A stretch of DNA of 64,000 nt, from contig DAHY01000009.1 of assembly GCA_002498605.1 (NCBI GenBank), positions 22,971 to 86,970 of the forward strand. The letters are read 5' to 3'. Position numbers and translations under genes: made by a program. Within the stretch, counting starts at the first letter, position 1, and every line of letters begins with the position of its first letter. The notes under the pieces are model-generated. The model was not told the DNA's origin and ran no database searches. It was given only the letters and a program-made list of their open reading frames with translations. This document shows, piece after piece, positions 9,505 through 18,349 of this stretch. The stretch comes from Methanomassiliicoccaceae archaeon UBA404. Lineage in GTDB: Archaea; Thermoplasmatota; Thermoplasmata; Methanomassiliicoccales; Methanomethylophilaceae.

Positions 9505-10467
9505 AGCCCGGTCCAAGCCCGTTTCTTTTTTCATCCTGTTCTTGGAGAACAATACCGAATCCATGAACACGACCCATATGATTTCAACAACGATGGATGT
9601 GGCTATCGCAACCATGGCATAAGGTGCCAGATGAGGTATTGTGGCAAGACACAACGCTATGGCGATACCCTTGTTGCGGTAAGATACCATAAGAACATCC
9701 GTAACTCTCTGGCTCCATCCGATACCCATTTTCTTTTCCGTTAATTCCACACCGGTTCCCACAAAGAAAGTTCTGATTGCGGAAATAATGACAAACAGAA
9801 GAAGGGGAGCCAATTCCGAAGGGAACTTGGTGGAGCTGACAGAAAGTATGACAAGGAAAGATATGAACAGATTCATCATTATTCCCATGGCATCTCTGCT
9901 GATTTTCACTTTCGTGAGTAATCTGGATAATATCAGCGGCACTCCGATTATTTCTATGACGGTTATGACAACATTGGTCATATCAACGGTTTTGCCCAAT
10001 GTTGCATAGATTATGAAAGGAATCCATAAAAGAGCGAATAAGTAAGTGAGAATCGTGCCTCTGCCAGCGTGTTCCATATCCCCTCTGAGTGTGTAGGAAA
10101 GAGGAACAACGGATGCGGCAAAAGGCGCGGCGGCAATGAACACGAGGCCCATGGAATAGTTTTCCCATCCGGGGTGACCTTTCATTAACATGTATCCGAT
10201 AAGAGGAACCAGAGAGGCAACCACAAGTCCCAGCAATACAGCTCTGGTCACAGATCGGCTGTACTTTATGGGATTCAGATTCTTATAAGGTATGCGGGAC
10301 AACGAAATTGTCATCATTATGGCAAGAACCAGCACTGTGATGTTGGCTCGTATGTCGGCGGTAAGAATATGGTCGGGAAATGTGCCTGAAATGTTTATGA
10401 TCAACGATATAATTAAGCCGATGGACAGCATTATCGCACTGCTGGCCAAAATTTTTTTGATTCGCAT
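9484..10467 (-). CDS. polytopic membrane transporter (BASS/ACR3/AEC-like)
   Basis: About 9-10 predicted TM helices and a YRNKGIAIAL-type segment. The family assignment is tentative. Confidence 0.45.
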   Translation of the reverse strand: MRIKKILASSAIMLSIGLIISLIINISGTFPDHILTADIRANITVLVLAIMMTISLSRIPYKNLNPIKYSRSVTRAVLLGLVVASLVPLIGYMLMKGHPGWENYSMGLVFIAAAPFAASVVPLSYTLRGDMEHAGRGTILTYLFALLWIPFIIYATLGKTVDMTNVVITVIEIIGVPLILSRLLTKVKISRDAMGIMMNLFISFLVILSVSSTKFPSELAPLLLFVIISAIRTFFVGTGVELTEKKMGIGWSQRVTDVLMVSYRNKGIAIALCLATIPHLAPYAMVAIATSIVVEIIWVVFMDSVLFSKNRMKKETGLDRASEIGNP

Positions 10468-10563
10468 AAGAATCTGCAGAGCTTATTATGTTTTAACTGT
10501 TATGTTATGTATGCGACAAAACCTGGCAAAACATTATTTAATCGGTAACAATCCCATAAACAG

Positions 10564-11493
10564 ATGTCTGGTGTTGCCCGAGTAAAAGCCGGATGGTACA
10601 ATGCGTTCAGACCGTGGACACTCCATGGTGCCGTCGTTCCCATAGTATTGGCGGGAATGGTGGCACTGTATGATTTTAATTTTAATTGGGGTATCTTTGA
10701 CTGGTTTATCTTTTCCCTTGTAATGATCGGCGGCATATTGCTGCAATCCGCCGCCAATCTTCTCAACACTTACGGGGATTTCAAGAAAGGAACCGACACA
10801 GTAGAAAATCATACCCGGTCTCCCGAATTGGTAACAGGAGAACTTAAGCCCACAGACGTAAGAAATGCAGGGCTGCTGTGTGTCGGCATTGTCGCGTTGA
10901 TAGGTATTGTACTTGTCTGGTACAGCGGCTGGTGGCTGCTTGTCATAGGGCTCGCCGGGATGTTCGGGGTCGTGATGTACACCCTGGGCGTTTCATACAA
11001 ATATCTGGGTCTGGGACAGCCAAGCACATTTCTCCTTATGGGTATTCTGATGCCTGTCGGAACTTATTACACGATGACTGGTACCATTACATGGATCCCC
11101 ATTCTGCTGACACTGCCGAATGCATTCACATTGACCGGTGTTCTTGCCGGCAACGAAACAAGGGATTATCACACCGACAAAGAAGCCGAAGCAAAGACAA
11201 TGTCCGGTCATATGAGTTATGAGGGAGCACTGAGATATTACAGAGTCTTGAATTTTATGTGTTATCCGATTCTTTTAATCGTAATCGGATTCCGTGTGAT
11301 TCCCGTAACCTGTCTGCTGGCGGTTTTGGCACTGTACGATTATCATAAACTGTATATTAATTCAAAAACCGAACCGATGGATAAAAAATCCGGATTTATG
11401 CTGGTGCCCAGAGCCTTCACTCATAATTGGCATTTCGGTGCTTTGCTTGCAATAGGTTATTTAATCGGTGTCGGCGTTCCGTTGCTGATTTGA
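10564..11493 (+). CDS. menA: 1,4-dihydroxy-2-naphthoate prenyltransferase (UbiA superfamily, MenA-like)
   Basis: LLQSAANLLNTYGDFKKGTD resembles the MenA first Asp-rich signature. The second motif is DYHTDKEAEAKT. Multi-TM protein. Confidence 0.75.
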   Translation: MSGVARVKAGWYNAFRPWTLHGAVVPIVLAGMVALYDFNFNWGIFDWFIFSLVMIGGILLQSAANLLNTYGDFKKGTDTVENHTRSPELVTGELKPTDVRNAGLLCVGIVALIGIVLVWYSGWWLLVIGLAGMFGVVMYTLGVSYKYLGLGQPSTFLLMGILMPVGTYYTMTGTITWIPILLTLPNAFTLTGVLAGNETRDYHTDKEAEAKTMSGHMSYEGALRYYRVLNFMCYPILLIVIGFRVIPVTCLLAVLALYDYHKLYINSKTEPMDKKSGFMLVPRAFTHNWHFGALLAIGYLIGVGVPLLI

Positions 11494-12233
11494 TGAAAGA
11501 AGACAAGCAGCTCGGGATTCAATTCGAGGGCAAAGACGTCTATGTCAAAGACGTATTTACTGAGATTTCCTCATATTATGACGAAATGAACGACATAATG
11601 TCAATGGGTATGATCAAACGCTGGCACAAGTTCATGATGAAGAAACTCGGAGACCTCGACGGCAAGAAATGTTTGGATGTGGGCACCGGTACGGGTGAAA
11701 TCGCATTCATGATGGCATCCCGCGGAGGAAACGTTACCGGAATAGATCTTACGCCGGCAATGATAGAGCTTGCAGAAAAAAAGATAGCCGAAAACAATAT
11801 GCCGGCGGTGGAAATGATTGTCGGAGATGCTTTGAATCTTCCTTTCGAAAACGAAACTTTCGATTGCATCACATCAGGATACATGCTCAGAAACGTAACC
11901 GACATTCCCCGGGCAGTAGCTGAGATGCACCGGGTTTTGAAATCGGGTGGCGTCTGTGTCGTCGCAGAACTGGCAAGACCGACCAACCGTCTTATACGTC
12001 CGTTTTACAATTTTTACATGAACAGAATAATTCCGCGTTACGGACGGAAATACGACAAAGGGCAATCAATTGACGGCAGAGAACCGGCTTACGATTGGCT
12101 CACGGCATCCATAGAAGGTTTTCCGTACGGCAAAGCAATGACGGACATCTTTTTCGATGTGGGTTTTGACGATGCGAAATTCTTTGTAAAGAGTTTCGGC
12201 GCCGTAAACATATATGTGGGAACAAAAAAGTGA
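11493..12233 (+). CDS. ubiE: demethylmenaquinone / ubiquinone methyltransferase
   Basis: The ATG at 11493 overlaps the menA stop (TGATG). SAM motif LDVGTGTGE, and the UbiE-typical YDEMNDIMSMG and GYMLRNV. Confidence 0.85.
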   Translation: MKEDKQLGIQFEGKDVYVKDVFTEISSYYDEMNDIMSMGMIKRWHKFMMKKLGDLDGKKCLDVGTGTGEIAFMMASRGGNVTGIDLTPAMIELAEKKIAENNMPAVEMIVGDALNLPFENETFDCITSGYMLRNVTDIPRAVAEMHRVLKSGGVCVVAELARPTNRLIRPFYNFYMNRIIPRYGRKYDKGQSIDGREPAYDWLTASIEGFPYGKAMTDIFFDVGFDDAKFFVKSFGAVNIYVGTKK

Positions 12234-12256
12234 ATACCGGCCTCATCGGCCGGTAT
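12234..12256. terminator. bidirectional hairpin between convergent ubiE and the aminopeptidase gene
   Basis: ATACCGGCC-tcatc-GGCCGGTAT forms a 9-bp stem, followed by TGTTTCTTT. Confidence 0.4.
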
Positions 12257-12263
12257 TGTTTCT

Positions 12264-13676
12264 TTAAGGTTTTTTCTTGGGGCTTTCGTAGAAAGCTTTG
12301 ATAGCCAGATACAAAGTGTACGCGTCGGCTTTCGAAGTGACTTCCACGGGAGCATGCATAGACAGCACGGGTACGCCCATATCGACGGTATCGAGATTAT
12401 GGATGGAAATTTCCGCTGCTATGGTACCTCCTCCGCCGGCCTCAATTTTACCCAATTCCCCGACCTGCCAGTGAATTTCCGCATCATCAAGAATATCTCT
12501 GAGGAATCCCATCGTTTCGGCGGAAGCGTCATTGGTTGAATATTTTCCGCCGGAACCCGTGTATTTGGATACGACGGGCCCGCGTCCCAGATACGAACAG
12601 TTGGTCGGTTCGTAAACATCCATAAACGCAGGATCCACGGCGGCGTTGACATCGCAGGAAAGACACATCGATCTTTGGAGTATGTGACGTACTTTCAAAC
12701 CGTAAGTGTCGGCAATATCTTCCATGAAGTCTCTGAAGAAGAAAGATCTCATTCCCGTGGTTCCGTCGGAACCCGTTTCTTCTTTGTCCGCAAACACCGT
12801 TAAAGTGGTGTATTCGGGGTTTGTTGTTGCGAGTTCCGCCATCAGATTGGCATATGCACAGACGCTGTCGTCCTGTCCGTAAGCACCTATCATGGAACGA
12901 TCCAGGCCGAAGTCCATGGGTTTTGCCGCAGGTACCGCGCACAATTCCGCGGTGAGGAAGTCTTTTTCGGATATGCCGTATTTTTCATGAAGAATATTCA
13001 TGATGTTGAGTTTTACCTTTTCGGAAACCTTTTCGTCATCGTAAGGCCAAGAGCCGACAAGAATATTCAAATTCTCGGGACTGAATGCTTCTGCGACAGT
13101 CTGTTTCATTTGGTTTCTTGCAAGATGAGGCAAGAGGTCCGTAACACAGAACTGCGGTTCTCCTTCTTCTTCGCCGATTGCAATCTTTATGGTTTTTCCG
13201 TCTCCGGTGCAAACGATTCCGTGAAGAGAAAGGGGTATGGTAAACCATTGGTATTTTTTGATACCGCCGTAATAGTGTGTTTTCAAATAGGCCATTCCGG
13301 TGCTTTCGAACAGCGGATTGGGTTTGAGATCCAATCTTGGACTGTCTATATGACTTACTCCTATGCGTATTCCTTCGGAAACCGGTTTCTTTCCCATTGT
13401 TACCATGAGAAGGTTTTTGTCCCTGTTGTTCAGATAGAATTTATCGCCCGCGGCGTATTTTTTACCGCGAACGTATTCCGTGTATCCTTTGGATTTCAGA
13501 AGAGGGATTGTGTAATCCACGACCTCTCTTTCGGTTTTGCAGTTAAGGAATTCTTTGTATCCTTCACAAAATTCCTGGGCGCTCTCCAATAAAGAATGTT
13601 TTCTCTCACCAAGACTCTTGGGAGACATGAGCAATTCTTCGGCGAGCTTCTGGCCTTCGGTTTTTTCTTTGTCCAT
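12264..13676 (-). CDS. M18-family aminopeptidase
   Basis: GVSHIDSPRLDLKPNP, YYGGIKKYQW and a C-terminal HAPVE segment, typical of aspartyl aminopeptidase-like M18 enzymes. Confidence 0.85.
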   Translation of the reverse strand: MDKEKTEGQKLAEELLMSPKSLGERKHSLLESAQEFCEGYKEFLNCKTEREVVDYTIPLLKSKGYTEYVRGKKYAAGDKFYLNNRDKNLLMVTMGKKPVSEGIRIGVSHIDSPRLDLKPNPLFESTGMAYLKTHYYGGIKKYQWFTIPLSLHGIVCTGDGKTIKIAIGEEEGEPQFCVTDLLPHLARNQMKQTVAEAFSPENLNILVGSWPYDDEKVSEKVKLNIMNILHEKYGISEKDFLTAELCAVPAAKPMDFGLDRSMIGAYGQDDSVCAYANLMAELATTNPEYTTLTVFADKEETGSDGTTGMRSFFFRDFMEDIADTYGLKVRHILQRSMCLSCDVNAAVDPAFMDVYEPTNCSYLGRGPVVSKYTGSGGKYSTNDASAETMGFLRDILDDAEIHWQVGELGKIEAGGGGTIAAEISIHNLDTVDMGVPVLSMHAPVEVTSKADAYTLYLAIKAFYESPKKKP

Positions 13677-13757
13677 GAAAGGACAATGAATCCGATGTAC
13701 TTGATAGTTTTCAAATATGGGCCGATTCTGGGAGGATTCCGGTTTGTTGTTTTTAAA

Positions 13758-13860
13758 ATGTCATATGCATTGTTAAATTATGTCATATAAATTAAAAATA
13801 AGTCATATAAACGACATATAAATATGAAAGATTTTGAAATATAAATTATATAAATGTCGT
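13758..13860. repeat. phased G(T/A)CATATAAA repeats in a divergent promoter region
   Basis: GTCATAT at 13760, 13782 and 13802; GACATAT at 13813; an inverted copy (TATAAATGTCGT) at 13849-13860. Confidence 0.6.
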
Positions 13861-13914
13861 TATAATCGATATTATTATAAACTATAATCTGTATTAACGT
13901 CACGGGATGCCGTC

Positions 13915-15198
13915 ATGCTATACGCAGGAGAATTGGTCAGCCGGCCGGAAGGGATGGGCACCGCACATCTTTCACTACATGACTGCCTGTCCTCAAAATT
14001 TTTTGAGTATTACTCGGCATTTGCCAATTCGGGCGGAGGAACTATATTCGTATCATCCGGGAAATTCGAATCCGATACGGATGAAACAATATCCCTTCTG
14101 AGAAGCAAACTGTCGGATAAATCAATAATCAGTTCAAATTCCATAAAAGATTCCGATTTTGTCAAAACGCCGGAAGGGTTCAAACTTGATGTCACTCCGG
14201 CAGATCGATTTTTACGCCCTGTATATCTGGGCAGCTCCCCTGAAACGGGTACATTCGTATGGAAAGACAATGACGTTTTTATCTGTGAAACCGAACAGGT
14301 TATGTCAATGATCCGAGACGGTTCAACCACATATGACGGAACATCTTTGAACGATTTTGTTGTTTCTGCAATCAATCAGAATTCTGTTGATGATTTTAAA
14401 TCAGCTTTAAACAAGGATCATATGTGGAAGAATTTCGACGCCGGGAAGTTGATTGCCTCTTCTTTGATTGCAAGAGAACAGAACGGCAGTCTCAAACCCA
14501 CGGTTGCAGGACTACTGTTGTTTTCCGATTATCATATCGCCGGCAGTTATCTCAGGGGATACAGGCTGAGATATTCAGATAAAAACTGGACCGTAGATTC
14601 GGAGGACGGAAGATGGACCGGAAACATTCACGATTTTCGTTCCGAAGTGAAAACCTGCGTATCTTCTATTTTCAAAAATATTTCCGAGCCTATTATGGAA
14701 TTGGTAACAAATGCGTTGGTTCATGCCGATTATAATTTCGGTGACGGCGTATCGATTGTATGCGATGACAATTCGGTGGTAATTACAAATTACGGTCTGT
14801 TCAGATCATCTGTTGATTCATCAATAAAAGGGGAACGCAATCGCAGAAATCCGATTATGGCGAACATAATAGGGGCGATATCACATTTCCGGGGTCTGGG
14901 TCATGCAATACAGTCTTTGCAAAAATTCGAATTCAACACGTATATAGATCAGGATTTGGTATCCGGCAAGGTAACGGTAACAGTCAAATCTTTTGCGGAG
15001 AAGGGCGTAGAAATAAGTCCGTATGCAAAGAAAGTCCTGGAACTCGTAACTGCGAACAAAGATCTTGTGATAGATCAAATTTCTGAAAAAATCGGACTCG
15101 GCAGGCGCCAGACAGAGCGTTACATTTCCGAATTAAGGGATAAGGGAATTATCGAAAGGGAAGGCAGCCGCCGTTCCGGAAAATGGAAAATGCTGTAA
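13915..15198 (+). CDS. AlbA_2/Schlafen-like plus HATPase_c_4 plus C-terminal wHTH putative regulator
   Basis: AFANSGGGTIFV (AlbA_2 core), ELVTNALVHADY (ATPase-like) and a C-terminal wHTH (ISEKIGLGRRQTERYISELRDKGIIEREG). The N-terminus looks shortened relative to the family. Confidence 0.6.
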   Translation: MLYAGELVSRPEGMGTAHLSLHDCLSSKFFEYYSAFANSGGGTIFVSSGKFESDTDETISLLRSKLSDKSIISSNSIKDSDFVKTPEGFKLDVTPADRFLRPVYLGSSPETGTFVWKDNDVFICETEQVMSMIRDGSTTYDGTSLNDFVVSAINQNSVDDFKSALNKDHMWKNFDAGKLIASSLIAREQNGSLKPTVAGLLLFSDYHIAGSYLRGYRLRYSDKNWTVDSEDGRWTGNIHDFRSEVKTCVSSIFKNISEPIMELVTNALVHADYNFGDGVSIVCDDNSVVITNYGLFRSSVDSSIKGERNRRNPIMANIIGAISHFRGLGHAIQSLQKFEFNTYIDQDLVSGKVTVTVKSFAEKGVEISPYAKKVLELVTANKDLVIDQISEKIGLGRRQTERYISELRDKGIIEREGSRRSGKWKML

Positions 15199-15282
15199 CA
15201 TCAAAACATCACCGATGATGAAAACAGAATAAGATTATTTTTTATTCAGGATAAATTAATTAAAAGAAGAGGAAAGAGTTTT

Positions 15283-15303
15283 CGGCATCTTAGAAAGATG
15301 CCG
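15283..15303. terminator. hairpin between convergent genes
   Basis: CGGCATCTT-aga-AAGATGCCG forms a 9-bp stem and is preceded by a T-run. Confidence 0.4.
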
Positions 15304-15323
15304 CTCAATCAGGTTCTGAAACT

Positions 15324-15701
15324 TTACTTCGGAACGTCGGTCTGAGAGCAGTCCAACGCAGGCCCCGTTTCATAAAGCGGCGGCGGCTTGCTGCGAACAG
15401 CGTCGATGACGCCGTCCGGCACCTCCAGGAAATCGACGAGATCCTGGTTGGATACGTATCCGCCGCTGGTGATTACGGCCCCCTCGTACTCAGCGATGGG
15501 CAAAACATCGAATCCGTCGGCCTTGACAAGCGCCTGGGCTTCACCGTCACCGGTAACGTCGGCGGCTGACTTGCAGTCAACGTATTCCACATTGAATCCC
15601 GCTTTCAGGAGGGCATCCTTGGCCTTCTTGAACCTTTTGTAATCGGAAGCATGCTTCTTGCGTGCAGCTCCCGAATCATAGACTATGATGACATTGTCCA
15701 T
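15324..15701 (-). CDS. ArsD-like thioredoxin-fold protein lacking the metalloid-binding cysteines
   Basis: From Met17 (MDNVIIVYD...) the protein is collinear with ArsD: LLKAGFNVEYVD, then LPIAEYEGAVITSGGYVSNQDLVDFLEVP. There is no CC...C motif. The ORF-track start at 15749 is an alternative. Confidence 0.4.
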   Translation of the reverse strand: MDNVIIVYDSGAARKKHASDYKRFKKAKDALLKAGFNVEYVDCKSAADVTGDGEAQALVKADGFDVLPIAEYEGAVITSGGYVSNQDLVDFLEVPDGVIDAVRSKPPPLYETGPALDCSQTDVPK

Positions 15702-15892
15702 GAAAGTGAAATGTTTTCGAACCTTATATTTTACTTTTGCATGTACCATCCCTGTTTAATGTACATAATCATGCATAAAGTATCAGAATGAGTTATTATT
15801 CTTCATTAATCAATTTTCAATAAAAGTTGAAAAGCATCGGTTTTCCAATCAAAAGGAGAAGTTTATTTTCTTTAAATCATATACGCAGAACG

Positions 15893-16585
15893 ATGTCCGT
15901 TTTCAAGAATATAAAGAACTCAGAAATTTTTAGGTTGAAGGACCTTATTTCCGAAGGCCGGGGTCAAACAATAAGTTACAGTATGCTCGACAACTCCGAC
16001 GTATCGATTCATATGTATTTTTTTGACGAAGGGGAAGAAATAAGCGAGATGAAATCCCCGTTTCAAAATCTGATTAAAGTTTTGGACGGAGAATTAAAAA
16101 TAGACGGCAAATCGCCCGCAGAACTTACTGAGGGAGAACTTTACGTCATTCCTCCCAACACGGATACAGTAATCTCCGCTGCAAAATCAGTTAAGTACAT
16201 AAGCATATTACTGCCCATGGAAGGGGAACTCATCAAAAATATAGATCTGTCCACCAAGATGATTGCGAAAGAATTGGTAGATTACCGCCCCGGTCAGGTG
16301 GTAAATTTGACGTTGGTCAATAAACCGGGTCTCAATCTGTCCGTAATAGCCATTGACGAGGGGGAAGGTTTGAAAACACATACAGCTCCCGGCGACGCAA
16401 TGGTACTGGCTCTTGACGGTGAAGCCAAGATAACCATAGCAGACGAGGAATTCATGCTCAGGGAAGGCGAGACAATCATTCTGCCGAAGAGTATTCCCCA
16501 TGCAGTATACGGGATGACCAAATTCAAGATGTTGCTTATTCTGGTTAAGGACGTCGAAGCCAAGAAGCCTGTTGTACCAAACTGA
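15893..16585 (+). CDS. bicupin (two cupin beta-barrel domains)
   Basis: Two repeats of a cupin-like pattern (GE..I....P H..). ATG at 15893 is preferred over the TTG at 15827. Confidence 0.65.
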   Translation: MSVFKNIKNSEIFRLKDLISEGRGQTISYSMLDNSDVSIHMYFFDEGEEISEMKSPFQNLIKVLDGELKIDGKSPAELTEGELYVIPPNTDTVISAAKSVKYISILLPMEGELIKNIDLSTKMIAKELVDYRPGQVVNLTLVNKPGLNLSVIAIDEGEGLKTHTAPGDAMVLALDGEAKITIADEEFMLREGETIILPKSIPHAVYGMTKFKMLLILVKDVEAKKPVVPN

Positions 16586-16869
16586 CGGATAAAAGTAAAT
16601 CCGATAACCAAACCATTTACTTTTCTTTTAAAATCCGTTTATTATTGTGCATTTTGGCTTTGCAATATGATTTTTTTATACAAAATTCATTTCTTATAAT
16701 CATTTTTGTGGTTTAGCCGTCATGTCATTGTTTATCAAATTGATTTTTCAAATCATTACCGACACTATTTCCGGGATATTGACATTTAAAGTCAACATAA
16801 TTTTTTGACAGAATGTTATTACTGTGTAAGAGTACATACCGACATCTTACACGGAAGAGAGGTGAACCT

Positions 16870-17874
16870 ATGAAAAACAAACCTTTCGTATGGCAAATGG
16901 TGAAAGAAGCCGCTGAGCAGTCTGAAAACGAAATAATAACTTATGAGGAAATCAGGGAATACATAACCGCCCGTTACGGGAATGTAAATACTTCTACAAT
17001 CAATGCACAAATAATCGAAGGTTCGGTGAATCATCCGAGTCGAGTTCATTTCTCCAAAAATATCAAACCCCGCATATCCAACAGAGATGTCGATTTTCTT
17101 TTTAACGTCGGACGCGGTAAAGTGTCTCTGTACGATTCAAACAAACACGGAGTTTGGTGTATCACGAGAGCAAACGACGGTAAACTGGTGGTTGCAGAAT
17201 ATACAGAAGACAGTAAAAAAACTGTTTCGTCCGCTGTTTCAATGAAATCAAATAAACCCGCGAATAAAATACAAAAACGAAAATCGCAGAATGCCGATGT
17301 GCCCAGACCGTGTAAAAGTCAAATGGAATATTATCTGGATGCGTGGAATAATTTAGGAAACTATACCTTGCAGGAGGATGCGTTGAATGAATTATTTTTT
17401 AAAACTTATCCAAAAAACTCTGATATTAATCACGTACTCATAAAAGCTTCATCACTCAATGATTTTTACAGCACCAATATTTTTTCAATTTTCCCTGTTG
17501 CCAAACACATTTTCAACCTAGATATTGATGAAAGACTCGCCGACGGTGATGAAAATTTAGTTAACGAAATTGCTGTTGTAAAAATGGAAAACGGGTCTGT
17601 CAAAAAATTCTACTCTTTTGCTACGAAATACTGCAGTCACCATAAACCCCTGGATTATCCCATATATGACAGGTATGTTGATAGGATCCTGAGACATTTT
17701 CGTGATGTTGACGGTTTTTATTTTTTCAGAAACGATGATCTGAAAGATTATAAGGCCTTCAAAGGTATTCTGTCGGAGTTCCGGGATTTTTACGAATTAA
17801 CCGATTATACGTTGAAAGACATCGACAAGTATCTCTGGCAACTGGGCAAGGAAAAGTTTCCGATAAGGTACTGA
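16870..17874 (+). CDS. orphan protein: N-terminal wHTH-like domain plus unknown C-terminal domain
   Basis: ATG at 16870 is preceded by GAGGTGA. The N-terminus reads VWQMVKEAAEQSENEIITYEEIREYITARYGNVNTSTINAQI. The region is visibly AT-rich. Confidence 0.6.
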   Translation: MKNKPFVWQMVKEAAEQSENEIITYEEIREYITARYGNVNTSTINAQIIEGSVNHPSRVHFSKNIKPRISNRDVDFLFNVGRGKVSLYDSNKHGVWCITRANDGKLVVAEYTEDSKKTVSSAVSMKSNKPANKIQKRKSQNADVPRPCKSQMEYYLDAWNNLGNYTLQEDALNELFFKTYPKNSDINHVLIKASSLNDFYSTNIFSIFPVAKHIFNLDIDERLADGDENLVNEIAVVKMENGSVKKFYSFATKYCSHHKPLDYPIYDRYVDRILRHFRDVDGFYFFRNDDLKDYKAFKGILSEFRDFYELTDYTLKDIDKYLWQLGKEKFPIRY

Positions 17875-17969
17875 TTATCGGAGTTCGGCCTTAAATATAC
17901 AAATGCTCCGGCAATCCCGTACAAAGATTAAGCCAAGAGCAAAGGCGGTAGTAAAAGAAAAGAACAGAG

Positions 17970-18042
17970 TGCGGATGCCGGGATTTGAACCCAAGTTCTA
18001 ACCTTGGCAAGGTCAAGTGATAACCAGCTACACTACATCCGC
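17970..18042 (-). tRNA. tRNA-Gly (anticodon GCC)
   Basis: The reverse complement GCGGATGTAGTGTAGCTGGTTATCACTTGACCTTGCCAAGGTTAGAACTTGGGTTCAAATCCCGGCATCCGCA folds as a cloverleaf with anticodon loop TTGCCAA. No encoded CCA. Confidence 0.9.
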
Positions 18043-18349
18043 GTTATAATTCTTGATTGGCTTTTTCAATATATACTTTTTCATTAACGGTCTAACGGCA
18101 TTTCTTCGAATTAACAAATAAAATTATAACATCAGTGAAGACGGAATACAGACATCCGAACAGAATCAAACGGTTTGTCAAAATCGGCAATATAATTTTT
18201 GTTTTGCAATTCCGATGTTTGTGTGACGGCATATGCATTCCGTCATTTCCAGTCATCATTATAAGTAGGGCATGTATATTATCGTTTGAAATTAAGCGAT
18301 GTCTGCGTTGAAGTCGCAGGCGGTTTGACTTCAGATCAAGTGATATTAT

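Noticed and set aside
13758-13860. CRISPR array or MITE interpretation of the short repeats. The same applies to 40254-40323 and to the ferredoxin internal repeat.
   Set aside because: The repeats are only 10-23 nt, few in number, lack regular repeat-spacer architecture, and have no cas genes nearby. The ferredoxin repeat is simply the duplicated cluster-binding half of the gene.
13677-17969. Calling the islet an integrated mobile element or provirus
   Set aside because: There is no integrase, transposase, capsid or replication gene, and only an 8/9-nt partial match to the tRNA 3' end at the far border. I keep it only as a compositionally distinct accessory region.
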